A stretch of DNA of 64,000 nucleotides from Chryseobacterium sp. (lineage in GTDB: Bacteria > Bacteroidota > Bacteroidia > Flavobacteriales > Weeksellaceae), in the NCBI RefSeq assembly GCF_031286615.1, contig NZ_JAITUA010000008.1; one strand, written 5' to 3'. Each line of letters begins with the position of its first letter. Positions within the stretch are counted from its first letter, which is position 1. The translations under genes and the position numbers were made by a program. Of this stretch, positions 23,674-31,842 are shown one piece after another. The notes beneath the pieces were generated by a model that ran no database searches, was not told where the DNA came from, and saw nothing but the letters and a program-made list of their open reading frames with translations.

Positions 23674-25191
23674 ATGAAATTTAATTTTTTAAAAAAAGAA
23701 ACTAAAGTAGTATTGAACTACGAAGGTGCAAAAGCATATGCGATGACACCTGCAGAAGAATTGTATAGTGCTGTTGTTACAACAGGACTGTCAGATGCCA
23801 ACTATGAAAAAGGAAATGACAGATTGGAAAGAATCCAGTCTCTGATCAAAAAAAATGATCCGGAATTTGTGGCAAAACTGGCAGTGTATGCAAGAAAATA
23901 TATGTATTTACGTTCCATTCCATTGGTGTTGACAACTGAACTGGCAAAACAGACTTCCGGTACGGATCTGGTAAGCAAAACAGTGGACGGTGTCGTTCAG
24001 AGAGCTGATGAAATCACAGAATTGCTGGCATATTACCAACTTGCCAATAAAAGAACAGATACTAAAAAACTGAATAAACTGTCAAAGCAGATTCAAAAAG
24101 GTCTGGTGAGATCATTCAATAAATTTGATGAATACCAGTTTGCAAAATATAACAGAAAAGCGGAAGTAACCTTGAAAGACGCATTATTCCTGGTTCACCC
24201 GAAAGCCAAAGATGAAAATCAGCAAGCTGTTTTCAACAAAATTGCCAATAATACACTGGAAACTCCATACACATGGGAAGTAGAGTTTTCCGTTTTGGGC
24301 CAGACGAAATTTGCTAATGATGCAGAAAGAAAGTTAGCTTTCAAAAACAAATGGGAAGAACTGATCTTCAGCAACAAATTGGGTTATATGGCAACCATGA
24401 GGAACCTGAGGAATATCCTTGAAGCGGGTGTATCATCTGATGCAATGAATAAAGTATGCAGATATCTTTCCGATGAAAGAGCGGTATACAATTCAAAGCA
24501 GCTTCCATTCCGATTTCTGGCGGCTTATAGGGAATTAAAAACTATAGATTCTCCTTATTTGTCTTCAGTATTGGAAGCATTGGAAAATGCTGTGGTGGTA
24601 AGTGCAAAAAATATCAAAGGCTTTGGTTTTGATACTTCGGTAGTGATTGCTGCGGATGTATCAGGTTCTATGCAGAAACCAGTTTCCAATAAAAGTAAAA
24701 TCTTGCTGTATGATATAGGTTTGTTGATGTCCATGATTCTTCAGTCACAGTGTAAAAATGTGGTGACAGGTATCTTTGGTGACCGTTGGCTGAGAGTTCC
24801 AATGCCTAAAAATGGTATCTTAAGAAATGTAGATGCCTTCTACAAACGCGAAGGTGAAGTAGGATATTCTACTAATGGCTACTTGGTCATCGAAGATCTG
24901 ATCAAAAGAGGTGAAAAAGTGGACAAAGTAATGCTATTCACTGATACTCAGTTGTGGGACAGCACTGGAAGCAGAAACTCCTTTGAAGACCTGTGGAACA
25001 GGTACAAAATGATCGCTCCCAATGCAAAGCTGTATATCTTTGACCTGGCAGGTTATGGTACACAGCCGCTTGATATCAGAAAAAATGATGTACATCTTAT
25101 AGCCGGTTGGTCAGACAAAATTTTCGATGTACTGAACGCTTTGGAAGACAAAAAATCAGCCGTAGAAATGATTCAAAAAGTAGTGCTGTAA
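23674..25191 (+). CDS. rsr: Ro60-related TROVE plus vWA protein (Rsr)
   Basis: Start trimmed to the ATG at 23674. 'LNYEGAKAY', 'EFVAKLAVYAR..MYLRS', 'LAYYQLAN', 'LPFRFLAAY' and the C-terminal vWA 'VVIAADVSGSM' are all present. Confidence 0.85.
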   Translation: MKFNFLKKETKVVLNYEGAKAYAMTPAEELYSAVVTTGLSDANYEKGNDRLERIQSLIKKNDPEFVAKLAVYARKYMYLRSIPLVLTTELAKQTSGTDLVSKTVDGVVQRADEITELLAYYQLANKRTDTKKLNKLSKQIQKGLVRSFNKFDEYQFAKYNRKAEVTLKDALFLVHPKAKDENQQAVFNKIANNTLETPYTWEVEFSVLGQTKFANDAERKLAFKNKWEELIFSNKLGYMATMRNLRNILEAGVSSDAMNKVCRYLSDERAVYNSKQLPFRFLAAYRELKTIDSPYLSSVLEALENAVVVSAKNIKGFGFDTSVVIAADVSGSMQKPVSNKSKILLYDIGLLMSMILQSQCKNVVTGIFGDRWLRVPMPKNGILRNVDAFYKREGEVGYSTNGYLVIEDLIKRGEKVDKVMLFTDTQLWDSTGSRNSFEDLWNRYKMIAPNAKLYIFDLAGYGTQPLDIRKNDVHLIAGWSDKIFDVLNALEDKKSAVEMIQKVVL

Positions 25192-25355
25192 AAGGCACTG
25201 CTTTTAAAAATAACAACTGACATTGATCAAAACAATCAATATATTTAGGAGCTAATCCTGCTTTCCACTATATCTTTTTCGCCAAAGCTTTTCTCAAGCC
25301 ATTCAGAAAAAGGATGCCGTTGCAATCAGGGCTATTGAATCAAACTATATATACT

Positions 25356-26018
25356 ATGAAACTCATTAATACCATTGAAATAAGCCCGTTACGATATTCC
25401 AGGGAAGAAGTCGAATTACCGGAAATTTCCGATTATCCAGACCACGAAGAATGGTTTGCAAAATGGGAAGAAGCCGTTTCTCAACTGAATTTTAATTTTG
25501 AGGTCATTGAGAAAGGATCTTATTTGACAGATATCGAAACAATAGATGACGAAAATCTGAAGATGATTGTAGAAGCCAAAATGGAAGACACAGAACCAGA
25601 CGAATCTGAAGAAGATATATATGTCATGGCTTTTGACGGAGGAATTGTATTAAAAATAGAAGATAAAATATTGATACAACCTAACTGTTGTGGTGATATA
25701 AGCAATATTGAAGATTGGAAAAATATTTTTAATACACCATCTTCGGAATGGAAAGACCTTTGGATAGGACATCCATGGGTATTTTACAAAAGGGAAAATG
25801 GGAAAGTCTGCTTCTCAGAATATACAGAATCCAATATTGAAGATGTTGAAAATATAAAAATTGTTGCAGAAGTAGAAGAATCCGAACTTAAAGCAGAGTT
25901 AGAAAAAGTAATCATGCAACAAATCAATTTACAAAACAGAATAGTATCTGTTCTAAAAACGCTGAATTGTAAATATCCAGAGAAAATTTCAAAGCAATTG
26001 GCTGGAATTAAAGAATGA
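25356..26018 (+). CDS. acidic hypothetical protein
   Basis: Start trimmed to the ATG at 25356, because the upstream codons fall in a repeat-like sequence. No motif recognised. Confidence 0.5.
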   Translation: MKLINTIEISPLRYSREEVELPEISDYPDHEEWFAKWEEAVSQLNFNFEVIEKGSYLTDIETIDDENLKMIVEAKMEDTEPDESEEDIYVMAFDGGIVLKIEDKILIQPNCCGDISNIEDWKNIFNTPSSEWKDLWIGHPWVFYKRENGKVCFSEYTESNIEDVENIKIVAEVEESELKAELEKVIMQQINLQNRIVSVLKTLNCKYPEKISKQLAGIKE

Positions 26019-26254
26019 CATAGGAAATGGAGGCGTTAAGAAAATAAACTATGCGAACGTTAAGAAAATTCTATTGTTTGAAGCGCGACACATAAATTGA
26101 AACGAAGAAGTAATATTACATTCGCGCAAGTTTTAGAATTTTTAGAGAGTGTAGATTATTTTTAGCCGGAATTTCCAAGTCTTGAACTTTTGGTTCTTTT
26201 GCTTCAAGGCAAAACGAACAAATATTTCAATAAAAATAAAACTGCTTAAAAATT

Positions 26255-26782
26255 ATGGAAAATTTATTTTACAGAATTGAACAGGATCTTAAAGAAGGCA
26301 GAAAGAAAAAAGCATGCGACAGACTAAGAAATATGATTAATCAGTTTCCCAATGACCTTTCCTTAAGAAAAAAATTAGGACAAATTTATTTTGAAGCAGG
26401 ATTTCTTGACGAAGCAGGTAAATTCTGGATTCTGTCTAAACCAGAGAATAATGAAATGGAAGCTGCAGTAGAGATTTACAGAAAGTCTTTAAGCAATTCA
26501 GGAAATGCAATTTTAAATGATATTGTTTTCAGAGGAGATAAAGATTTGCTTGATGAACATGCAAAAAAAGTAATCTTGGAACTTGAGCACGATAGCTTTA
26601 GAGTAACCGGACAAATTCCAACTTTTAAAGCGAAAGCAAGAGAAAAAGGACGTTATTCGGAAGACAAGACAAATTTTCTAGGCCAAATTGGATTTTTTTT
26701 ATTCATTGGATTTATTATTTTACTTCCGGTTTTAGGGATTTTTAAATTGTTTGAATTGATCTCATCATTATTTTCTCAATAA
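26255..26782 (+). CDS. hypothetical protein with a helical-repeat N-terminus and C-terminal TM anchor
   Basis: 175 aa. C-terminal 'FLGQIGFFLFIGFIILLPVLGIFKLF'. Confidence 0.5.
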   Translation: MENLFYRIEQDLKEGRKKKACDRLRNMINQFPNDLSLRKKLGQIYFEAGFLDEAGKFWILSKPENNEMEAAVEIYRKSLSNSGNAILNDIVFRGDKDLLDEHAKKVILELEHDSFRVTGQIPTFKAKAREKGRYSEDKTNFLGQIGFFLFIGFIILLPVLGIFKLFELISSLFSQ

Positions 26783-26790
26783 AAATAAAC

Positions 26791-26826
26791 TACGTAAAAA
26801 GATTGCGTACATATAATATAATTTTA
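26791..26826 (+). promoter_or_regulatory. 19-mer TACGTAAAAAGATTGCGTA, N9, then TAATTTTA
   Basis: Second copy of the rsr-type promoter architecture. It lies about 15 nt upstream of the first Y-like RNA 5' module. Confidence 0.5.
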
Positions 26827-26840
26827 CAGTGTTAATAATA

Positions 26841-26990
26841 CTGGTGCCGTTAGAAAGGCCTACTTCGATTCAAAACTGACAGAGTCTTTCAACAGATTGC
26901 CCGGTAGCTATAACCAATGTCGTTCATAAGAGTTCCATCATCAAACTTTTAATTTGACTAGAATCAAAAACTCTTATACATTGTTACTTG
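26841..26990 (+). ncRNA. Y-RNA-like element a (divergent, no T-arm)
   Basis: 5' module 'GGTGCCGTtAGAaAGGCCTACTTCG' is nearly identical to element d. There is an internal 9-bp stem ATAAGAGTT/AACTCTTAT and the 3' end reads 'TTGTTACTTGG' plus a T-run. It lacks GGTTCGA. Confidence 0.3.
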
Positions 26991-27010
26991 GTTTTTAATA
27001 AAAAAACAAC

Positions 27011-27046
27011 TGCGTAAATTGAATGCGTACCAGCAATATAAATTTG
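27011..27046 (+). promoter_or_regulatory. 19-mer TGCGTAAATTGAATGCGTA, N9, then TAAATTTG
   Basis: Third copy of the architecture, with a perfect TAnnTTTG box. It lies upstream of Y-like RNAs b, c and d. Confidence 0.55.
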
Positions 27047-27077
27047 TGAAAAGAATAAAGCTAATAATTATAAAAAG

Positions 27078-27201
27078 CAAGTGTCGTAAAACAGAGTTAC
27101 TTCTTTAGGGACGGTAATACAGGTTCGAATCCTGTTCTGCAGCAGCAGATAGTAGAAATGGTAACACCCCGTATTGGTCTCTGTTTGATCTAATTACCTT
27201 G
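27078..27201 (+). ncRNA. Y-RNA-like element b
   Basis: Terminal helix CAAG...CTTG plus AAACAGAG/CTCTGTTT flanks an internal loop (5' TGTCGT, 3' GATCTAATTAC). T-arm ACAGG-TTCGAAT-CCTGT is followed by hairpin TCTGC-agca-GCAGA. Confidence 0.6.
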
Positions 27202-27211
27202 TTTAAATTAT

Positions 27212-27353
27212 ATCAAGTGTCGTTTTAGAATCATACTTCGAGATTGAATAAACATTGGGTCGCAGGTTCGAATCCTGCCTTTTCCCTCGAAAAGGAGAGG
27301 TAGCTCAGCAGGTAGAGCAAATGCACGGAAGATTCTGAGAATTTTACCTTGAT
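27212..27353 (+). ncRNA. Y-RNA-like element c with a circularly permuted tRNA-like module (YrlA-like)
   Basis: Terminal helix ATCAAG/CTTGAT plus TTTTAGAATC/GATTCTGAGA. T-arm GCAGG-TTCGAAT-CCTGC. Closed acceptor stem CTTTTCC-loop-GGAGAGG. D-arm TA-GCTC-AGCAGGTA-GAGC. Confidence 0.7.
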
Positions 27354-27357
27354 TATT

Positions 27358-27460
27358 AAAAGAGTGCCGTAGAGAAGGCCTACTTCGGTTTAATTTGGTT
27401 CGACTCCAGAAGGTCATGGAAATGATCTTGTACAAGTCTTTTCGAATCTTGCCTCTTTTT
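27358..27460 (+). ncRNA. Y-RNA-like element d
   Basis: 5' module 'AGTGCCGTAGAGAAGGCCTACTTCG'. T-arm TTTGG-TTCGACT-CCAGA. Acceptor-like hairpin AGGTCAT-ggaa-ATGATCT. Terminal AAAAGAG/CTCTTTT plus a T-run. Confidence 0.5.
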
Positions 27461-27478
27461 ATTTTAAAATTAATAACA

Positions 27479-28318
27479 ATGAATATACCAAGTAATCTGA
27501 CTGAATTTTTATACTGGGTCAAAGAACGTACAGAAAAACTGTGGTCTGTGGATGATGAAAATTGTCCTAAAGGATTTTACGGTGCCCAATGGCAGGGACT
27601 TTCTGAAGAACAGATCAATCAGATTGAGAGGAAATATGACATTAGCTTTACATCTGAACATAGAGAATTTCTAAAAATTCTTCATGCCATCGACAAAAAA
27701 GTAATTGTTGAATATGAAGATGAAGGAGAAATGGTTACAGAAGAATGTACTTTCTTTTATAATTGGCTTGAAAATGAAGAGGAAATAAGAAAAATAATGA
27801 ATACACCATATGATTGGATGCTGGATGATATTGATTCAGTGAATAAAGTTTGGTTAAAATCATGGGGAATAAAGCCTGCATCCTTGGAAAAGAGAAAAGA
27901 AATTTTTGATGAATGGTTTTCACATGTTTCAACACTTTTACCACTCATGGGAACTCGTTATATAATAAGTGATGTAGATCTTGTTTGGAGACCTGTGCTT
28001 TCTATAAGAGGTTCAGATATTGTCATTATGGGATGGGATTTCAGAACTTATTTATTAAATGAGCTAGGAGGTTATCTTGATATTCATATTGACGTTTTTG
28101 ATGAAGAAGATCAGATGTTCTACCCTGAACTTATTGATGAAGTACAACAAATATTTAATGAAAACTATAAATATGATGAAACTAAAGACATTCCTTATTT
28201 GAAAGAAATGATTCTTTACTGGTCTTCCGGATGGAGTAGTTTCGGTTTAAGTTATCACCCGGAAAATGCCAGAGTTCATCCTATTGTTAAAACATATATT
28301 GCTGAAGAAGAAAAATAA
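27479..28318 (+). CDS. SMI1/KNR4 (SUKH-1)-like protein
   Basis: Start trimmed to the ATG at 27479, because the track start at 27395 overlaps Y-like RNA d. 'LSEEQINQIERKYDISFTSEHREFLKIL' is the typical SUKH-1 N-terminal signature. Confidence 0.55.
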   Translation: MNIPSNLTEFLYWVKERTEKLWSVDDENCPKGFYGAQWQGLSEEQINQIERKYDISFTSEHREFLKILHAIDKKVIVEYEDEGEMVTEECTFFYNWLENEEEIRKIMNTPYDWMLDDIDSVNKVWLKSWGIKPASLEKRKEIFDEWFSHVSTLLPLMGTRYIISDVDLVWRPVLSIRGSDIVIMGWDFRTYLLNELGGYLDIHIDVFDEEDQMFYPELIDEVQQIFNENYKYDETKDIPYLKEMILYWSSGWSSFGLSYHPENARVHPIVKTYIAEEEK

Positions 28319-28323
28319 AACAA

Positions 28324-28472
28324 ACAAGTGCCGTAGAAAAATGTTACTTCGCTCATCACGACGGGGTCACGGGTTCGAGTCCCGTCTCTTCCACAGCAAA
28401 AAAACACGATGTATATAGGAAGAGTAGCTCAGTTGGTTAGAGCACGACTGCATTATTCGGCTGTTGCCTTGT
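28324..28472 (+). ncRNA. Y-RNA-like element e with a circularly permuted tRNA-like module (YrlA-like)
   Basis: Terminal ACAAG..GCCG / CGGC..CTTGT. T-arm ACGGG-TTCGAGT-CCCGT. Perfect 7-bp closed acceptor stem CTCTTCC-(25-nt loop)-GGAAGAG. D-arm TA-GCTC-AGTTGGTTA-GAGC. Confidence 0.7.
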
Positions 28473-28483
28473 TTTCATAAAAT

Positions 28484-28600
28484 CAGAAGCCGGAAGTGGG
28501 AAGTTGAAAGATATCTTTGTATTATAATTTTCTATAAAGTCAGATAGATTTTTCGGACTTTACCCTCTTTCTTTTTCCCACTTCCAGCTTCTTTATAGTA
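28484..28600. repeat. long GGAAGTGGGAAG-type hairpin
   Basis: AGAAGCCGGAAGTGGGAAG ... CTTCCCACTTCCAGCTTCT inverted repeat. Related GGAAGCTGGAGG words occur at 14705-14775. Confidence 0.5.
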
Positions 28601-28607
28601 CTATTAT

Positions 28608-28736
28608 GAAGTGTCGTTAGGAAAAAATTCATCGCACCATAATGACGGGAGGAATAGCGAAGCCGGTTATTCCGGCAAGGTTATCCGGTTCGACTCCGGC
28701 AAACGAAAGCCCGGTTTTTTCCTTATTATTACCTTT
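28608..28736 (+). ncRNA. Y-RNA-like element f (tRNA-like parts in non-permuted order)
   Basis: 5' 'GAAGTGTCGTTAGGAAAAAA' pairs with 3' 'TTTTTTCCTTATTATTACCTT'. Internal hairpins GGAATA-..-TATTCC and GCCGG-ttatt-CCGGC, plus T-arm CCGG-TTCGACT-CCGG. Confidence 0.5.
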
Positions 28737-28737
28737 A

Positions 28738-28775
28738 AAAAAGTGCCGGTAAACTATTTACCGGCACTTTTCATT
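28738..28775. terminator. bidirectional terminator
   Basis: AAAAGTGCCGGTAAA-cta-TTTACCGGCACTTTT. The right arm overlaps the 3' end of the minus-strand HTH gene. Confidence 0.7.
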
Positions 28776-29089
28776 GTATCAAGCTCTTCTTCAAACATGA
28801 GTCTCCATTTTGAAAGAGTAGTTCTGCTTATTTTATATTTTCTGGACATATAGCTTGTTGAATGACCGTGCTTTTTCTGATACTGCAGCAATTTTAACAT
28901 AGTCTGTCTGTCATATGTTTTGAGTTTTTGATTTTCTCTGGACTGCTTGAACAGTTTTTCATTGAACTTCAGAACATCCTCACTGGTATTAAGTTTTTCA
29001 AGAAGTTCTTTTATTTTCGGATCTTTTAGCTTTTCCGGATATTCCATCTTTAGCATATCCTGATAAATTTTTTTGTAATTGGGGCGCAT
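28754..29089 (-). CDS. helix-turn-helix protein (transposase-accessory-like, no catalytic domain)
   Basis: C-terminal 'HSTSYMSRKYKISRTTLSKWR' is an HTH. Confidence 0.55.
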   Translation of the reverse strand: MRPNYKKIYQDMLKMEYPEKLKDPKIKELLEKLNTSEDVLKFNEKLFKQSRENQKLKTYDRQTMLKLLQYQKKHGHSTSYMSRKYKISRTTLSKWRLMFEEELDTMKSAGK

Positions 29090-29100
29090 GTTTTATTTGT

Positions 29101-29529
29101 TTATCCGTTTACATTATCGCTCTTCTGAAGCCATCTGTGAAGAGTACTTTTCGGAATAGAATACTCTTTAATAACTTCACTTTGGGTCATTTCACCGGAA
29201 AGAATCCTCTTCATAATAAAATCTTTAATTTCCTGAGTGTAAATGTTTTTCCTGAAATAAGGCGTTTTTTCGGACTTCTGCTGGTTCTTGTTGATAGCAG
29301 AAGGAGGTGCATATAAAATCAAATGGGAGCTGTAAAGTCTGAAAAAATCATATTCCAATAATTTGCTCCATCTTAGAAGAAGATCCGTATCCATTGATTT
29401 GCTGTCATACATTACATCGATCGTTCTTTCATCTTTACCTAAAAATTTGCATATCCTTTCTATTGTTATTTCATTTTCATCTACCCTTTCCTTAATAAAT
29501 TTCCCAATATGGATTTCTTTGTATAACAT
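29101..29529 (-). CDS. helix-turn-helix protein (two HTH-like segments)
   Basis: 'ITIERICKFLGKDERTI' and 'TQSEVIKEYSIPKSTLHRWL'. Confidence 0.55.
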   Translation of the reverse strand: MLYKEIHIGKFIKERVDENEITIERICKFLGKDERTIDVMYDSKSMDTDLLLRWSKLLEYDFFRLYSSHLILYAPPSAINKNQQKSEKTPYFRKNIYTQEIKDFIMKRILSGEMTQSEVIKEYSIPKSTLHRWLQKSDNVNG

Positions 29530-30131
29530 TTTTATTGAATATTATTCTTTTGATTAAACTTATATATCAAAAAAACGAAATAGAATATATATTATTTCGT
29601 GTGGCGGAAAATAATTCACTTCAATTTGAAATTGATAAGAAATAGAAATTATGATGTAAGAATGTTAAATTACATTTAATAAGATGTTAGTCTTAAAAAA
29701 CGGAACTGTAACTTACCAAATATCTTAAAAACAGGTGGGTAGGAGTCACCTTAATACTTGGGATATATTCTTTATTTTCAATGGGTTTCTTCTTCTTCTC
29801 TTTCAAACTTCTCTTCCTGCCATTTGTGTAAATAATATAACCTATTAAGGTTTTTTATGTAATTCTATGAGTTGAAGCTGTAGATAGGTTGGTATACAGC
29901 TTTTTACGCGTTGAATTTTTTAATTAGTACCAAATAATTGCTTATTCGTTTTCAAATGTAAACAAAAATAAGAAGTAAAAAGAGATGGAAATGTAAAAAT
30001 TATACTTTACATGCTGATTTTAATTAAAATTAACATATTATAAGAATTAATGTGTGAATTGTTTACAGGTGACACGCTTCATCATAGAAAAATGATAAAA
30101 AGAAAAAATTGTATACCATTGGGACAGTCCA

Positions 30132-30139
30132 TACCTTTG
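30132..30139 (+). promoter_or_regulatory. -7 box TACCTTTG
   Basis: Exact TAnnTTTG match ending 8 nt before the SulP ATG, which implies a very short leader. Confidence 0.4.
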
Positions 30140-30146
30140 CAAATCA

Positions 30147-31685
30147 ATGAAAAATACTATAAGCTTATTCGACTTTTCGAAGAAAATAAATTACAAAAAT
30201 GAATTGCTGGCCGGTTTTACGGTAGCGATGACAATGATTCCTGAATCTCTTTCATTTGCTATCCTTGCAGGCTTGTCTCCGCTTACAGGGCTTTATGCAG
30301 CATTTATGATGGGATTGGTAACTGCTGTTTTTGGAGGACGTCCGGGAATGGTTTCAGGTGGAGCTGGTGCAACCATCGTTGTATTGATTGCTCTGATACA
30401 GTCTCATGGGATTGAATATCTTTTTGCTACCGTAACACTGGCCGGAATACTTCAAATGCTGGTAGGTATCTTTAAATTGGGGAAATTTGTGAGATTAATT
30501 CCACAGCCGGTTATGTACGGATTCCTGAACGGATTGGCTATTATTATCTTTATGGCACAGGTAGAACAGTTCAAAATTACAGACAGCAGCGGAGCAGTAA
30601 GCTGGCTGCAGGGAATGCCTTTGTATATCATGGCGGGTTTAACTGCCCTGACAATCGCAGTAGTCTACTTTTTTCCAAAAATAACGAAGGCGGTTCCTGC
30701 CTCTCTGGTAGCCATTATAATTGTATTTGCTGTCGTTCTTGGATTTAATATTCCAACCAAAACAGTAGCAGATATTGCCCATATCAGTGGAAACCTTCCA
30801 AGTTTTCATATTCCAGAGATCCCTTTTTCTCTGGAAACTTTGCAAATTATTTTTCCTTATGCTTTAATTATGGCCGGAGTAGGTCTTATAGAATCTCTTC
30901 TGACCTTATCTATGGTGGATGAAATCACCAATACGAAAGGAAGTGCCAATAAAGAATCCGTAGCTCAGGGGTTGGCCAATATTACCAACGGTTTTTTTGG
31001 AGGAATGGGAGGTTGTGCAATGGTAGCACAGACTTTAGTGAATCTTAATGCAGGTTCCAGAGCAAGATTATCAGGAATAATAGCATCACTTCTTATTTTA
31101 ATAATCATTTTGTGTGGAGCACCTGTTATTGAAAAAATTCCTATGGCTGCTTTAGTAGGAGTGATGATGATGGTGGCCATCAGTACTTTTCAGTGGGTGT
31201 CTATCAGGATTGTTAATAAAATGCCGAAATCAGATATCTTCGTAGGAGTTACCGTTGCATTGATTACCGTGATTTTACACAATCTGGCACTGGCAGTTTT
31301 AATTGGAGTTATCATCTCGGCGTTGGTTTTTGCCTGGGATAATGCCAAAAGAATCCGGGCAAGAAAGCATGTAGATGAAAACGGAGTAAAACATTACGAA
31401 ATATATGGACCATTGTTTTTCGGTTCTGTAACTGCATTTACAGATAAGTTTGACCCAATGAATGATCCCGATCAAGTGGTTGTGGATTTTAAAGAAAGCC
31501 GTATTGTTGATATGAGTGCGATAGAAGCTTTAGGCAAGTTGTCGAAACGCTATAAAGAACAAAATAAAACAGTACACTTACGACATCTCAGCGAAGACTG
31601 TAGAAAAATATTGAAAAATGCAGAAGCTGTAGTAGAAGTTAATATCCAGGAAGATCCGACCTATAAAGTGATGCCGGAAAAATAG
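30147..31685 (+). CDS. SulP-family anion transporter with a C-terminal STAS domain
   Basis: Multi-TM protein with 'LAGFTVAMTMIPESLSFAILAGL', plus a STAS-like tail 'VVVDFKESRIVDMSAIEAL'. Confidence 0.88.
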   Translation: MKNTISLFDFSKKINYKNELLAGFTVAMTMIPESLSFAILAGLSPLTGLYAAFMMGLVTAVFGGRPGMVSGGAGATIVVLIALIQSHGIEYLFATVTLAGILQMLVGIFKLGKFVRLIPQPVMYGFLNGLAIIIFMAQVEQFKITDSSGAVSWLQGMPLYIMAGLTALTIAVVYFFPKITKAVPASLVAIIIVFAVVLGFNIPTKTVADIAHISGNLPSFHIPEIPFSLETLQIIFPYALIMAGVGLIESLLTLSMVDEITNTKGSANKESVAQGLANITNGFFGGMGGCAMVAQTLVNLNAGSRARLSGIIASLLILIIILCGAPVIEKIPMAALVGVMMMVAISTFQWVSIRIVNKMPKSDIFVGVTVALITVILHNLALAVLIGVIISALVFAWDNAKRIRARKHVDENGVKHYEIYGPLFFGSVTAFTDKFDPMNDPDQVVVDFKESRIVDMSAIEALGKLSKRYKEQNKTVHLRHLSEDCRKILKNAEAVVEVNIQEDPTYKVMPEK

Positions 31686-31700
31686 AGGAGAAGTTAAAAA

Positions 31701-31787
31701 GTGAATTTTGCTTCGCAAGTGAATAGTGAATTTTTGCAGTGTATGGAAAAATTGACAAGCGCAGCGGATTGACGATTGACCATTCAC
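31701..31787 (+). repeat. GTGAAT...ATTGACAAGCG...ATTCAC hairpin repeat, copy 2
   Basis: See 5889-5944. Confidence 0.5.
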
Positions 31788-31842
31788 CAAACACCCATAA
31801 CCAGACAAGGACTGTAAGAAAAAATCTACAGCCCTTGCTTGT

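Noticed and set aside
25255-25335. Sequence 'gctaatcctgctttccactatatctttttcgcc...aaaaaggatgccgttgcaatcagggc' as a gene start or regulatory RNA.
   Set aside because: It resembles a dispersed intergenic repeat I associate with Chryseobacterium genomes. Only one clear copy is in the window, so I left it unannotated and trimmed the downstream CDS start to 25356.
27208-27522. Track ORFs 27208-27522(-) and 28611-28853(+), and the first 28 codons of 27395-28318.
   Set aside because: They overlap the tRNA-like and Y-RNA-like elements. The structured RNA explains the sequence better.
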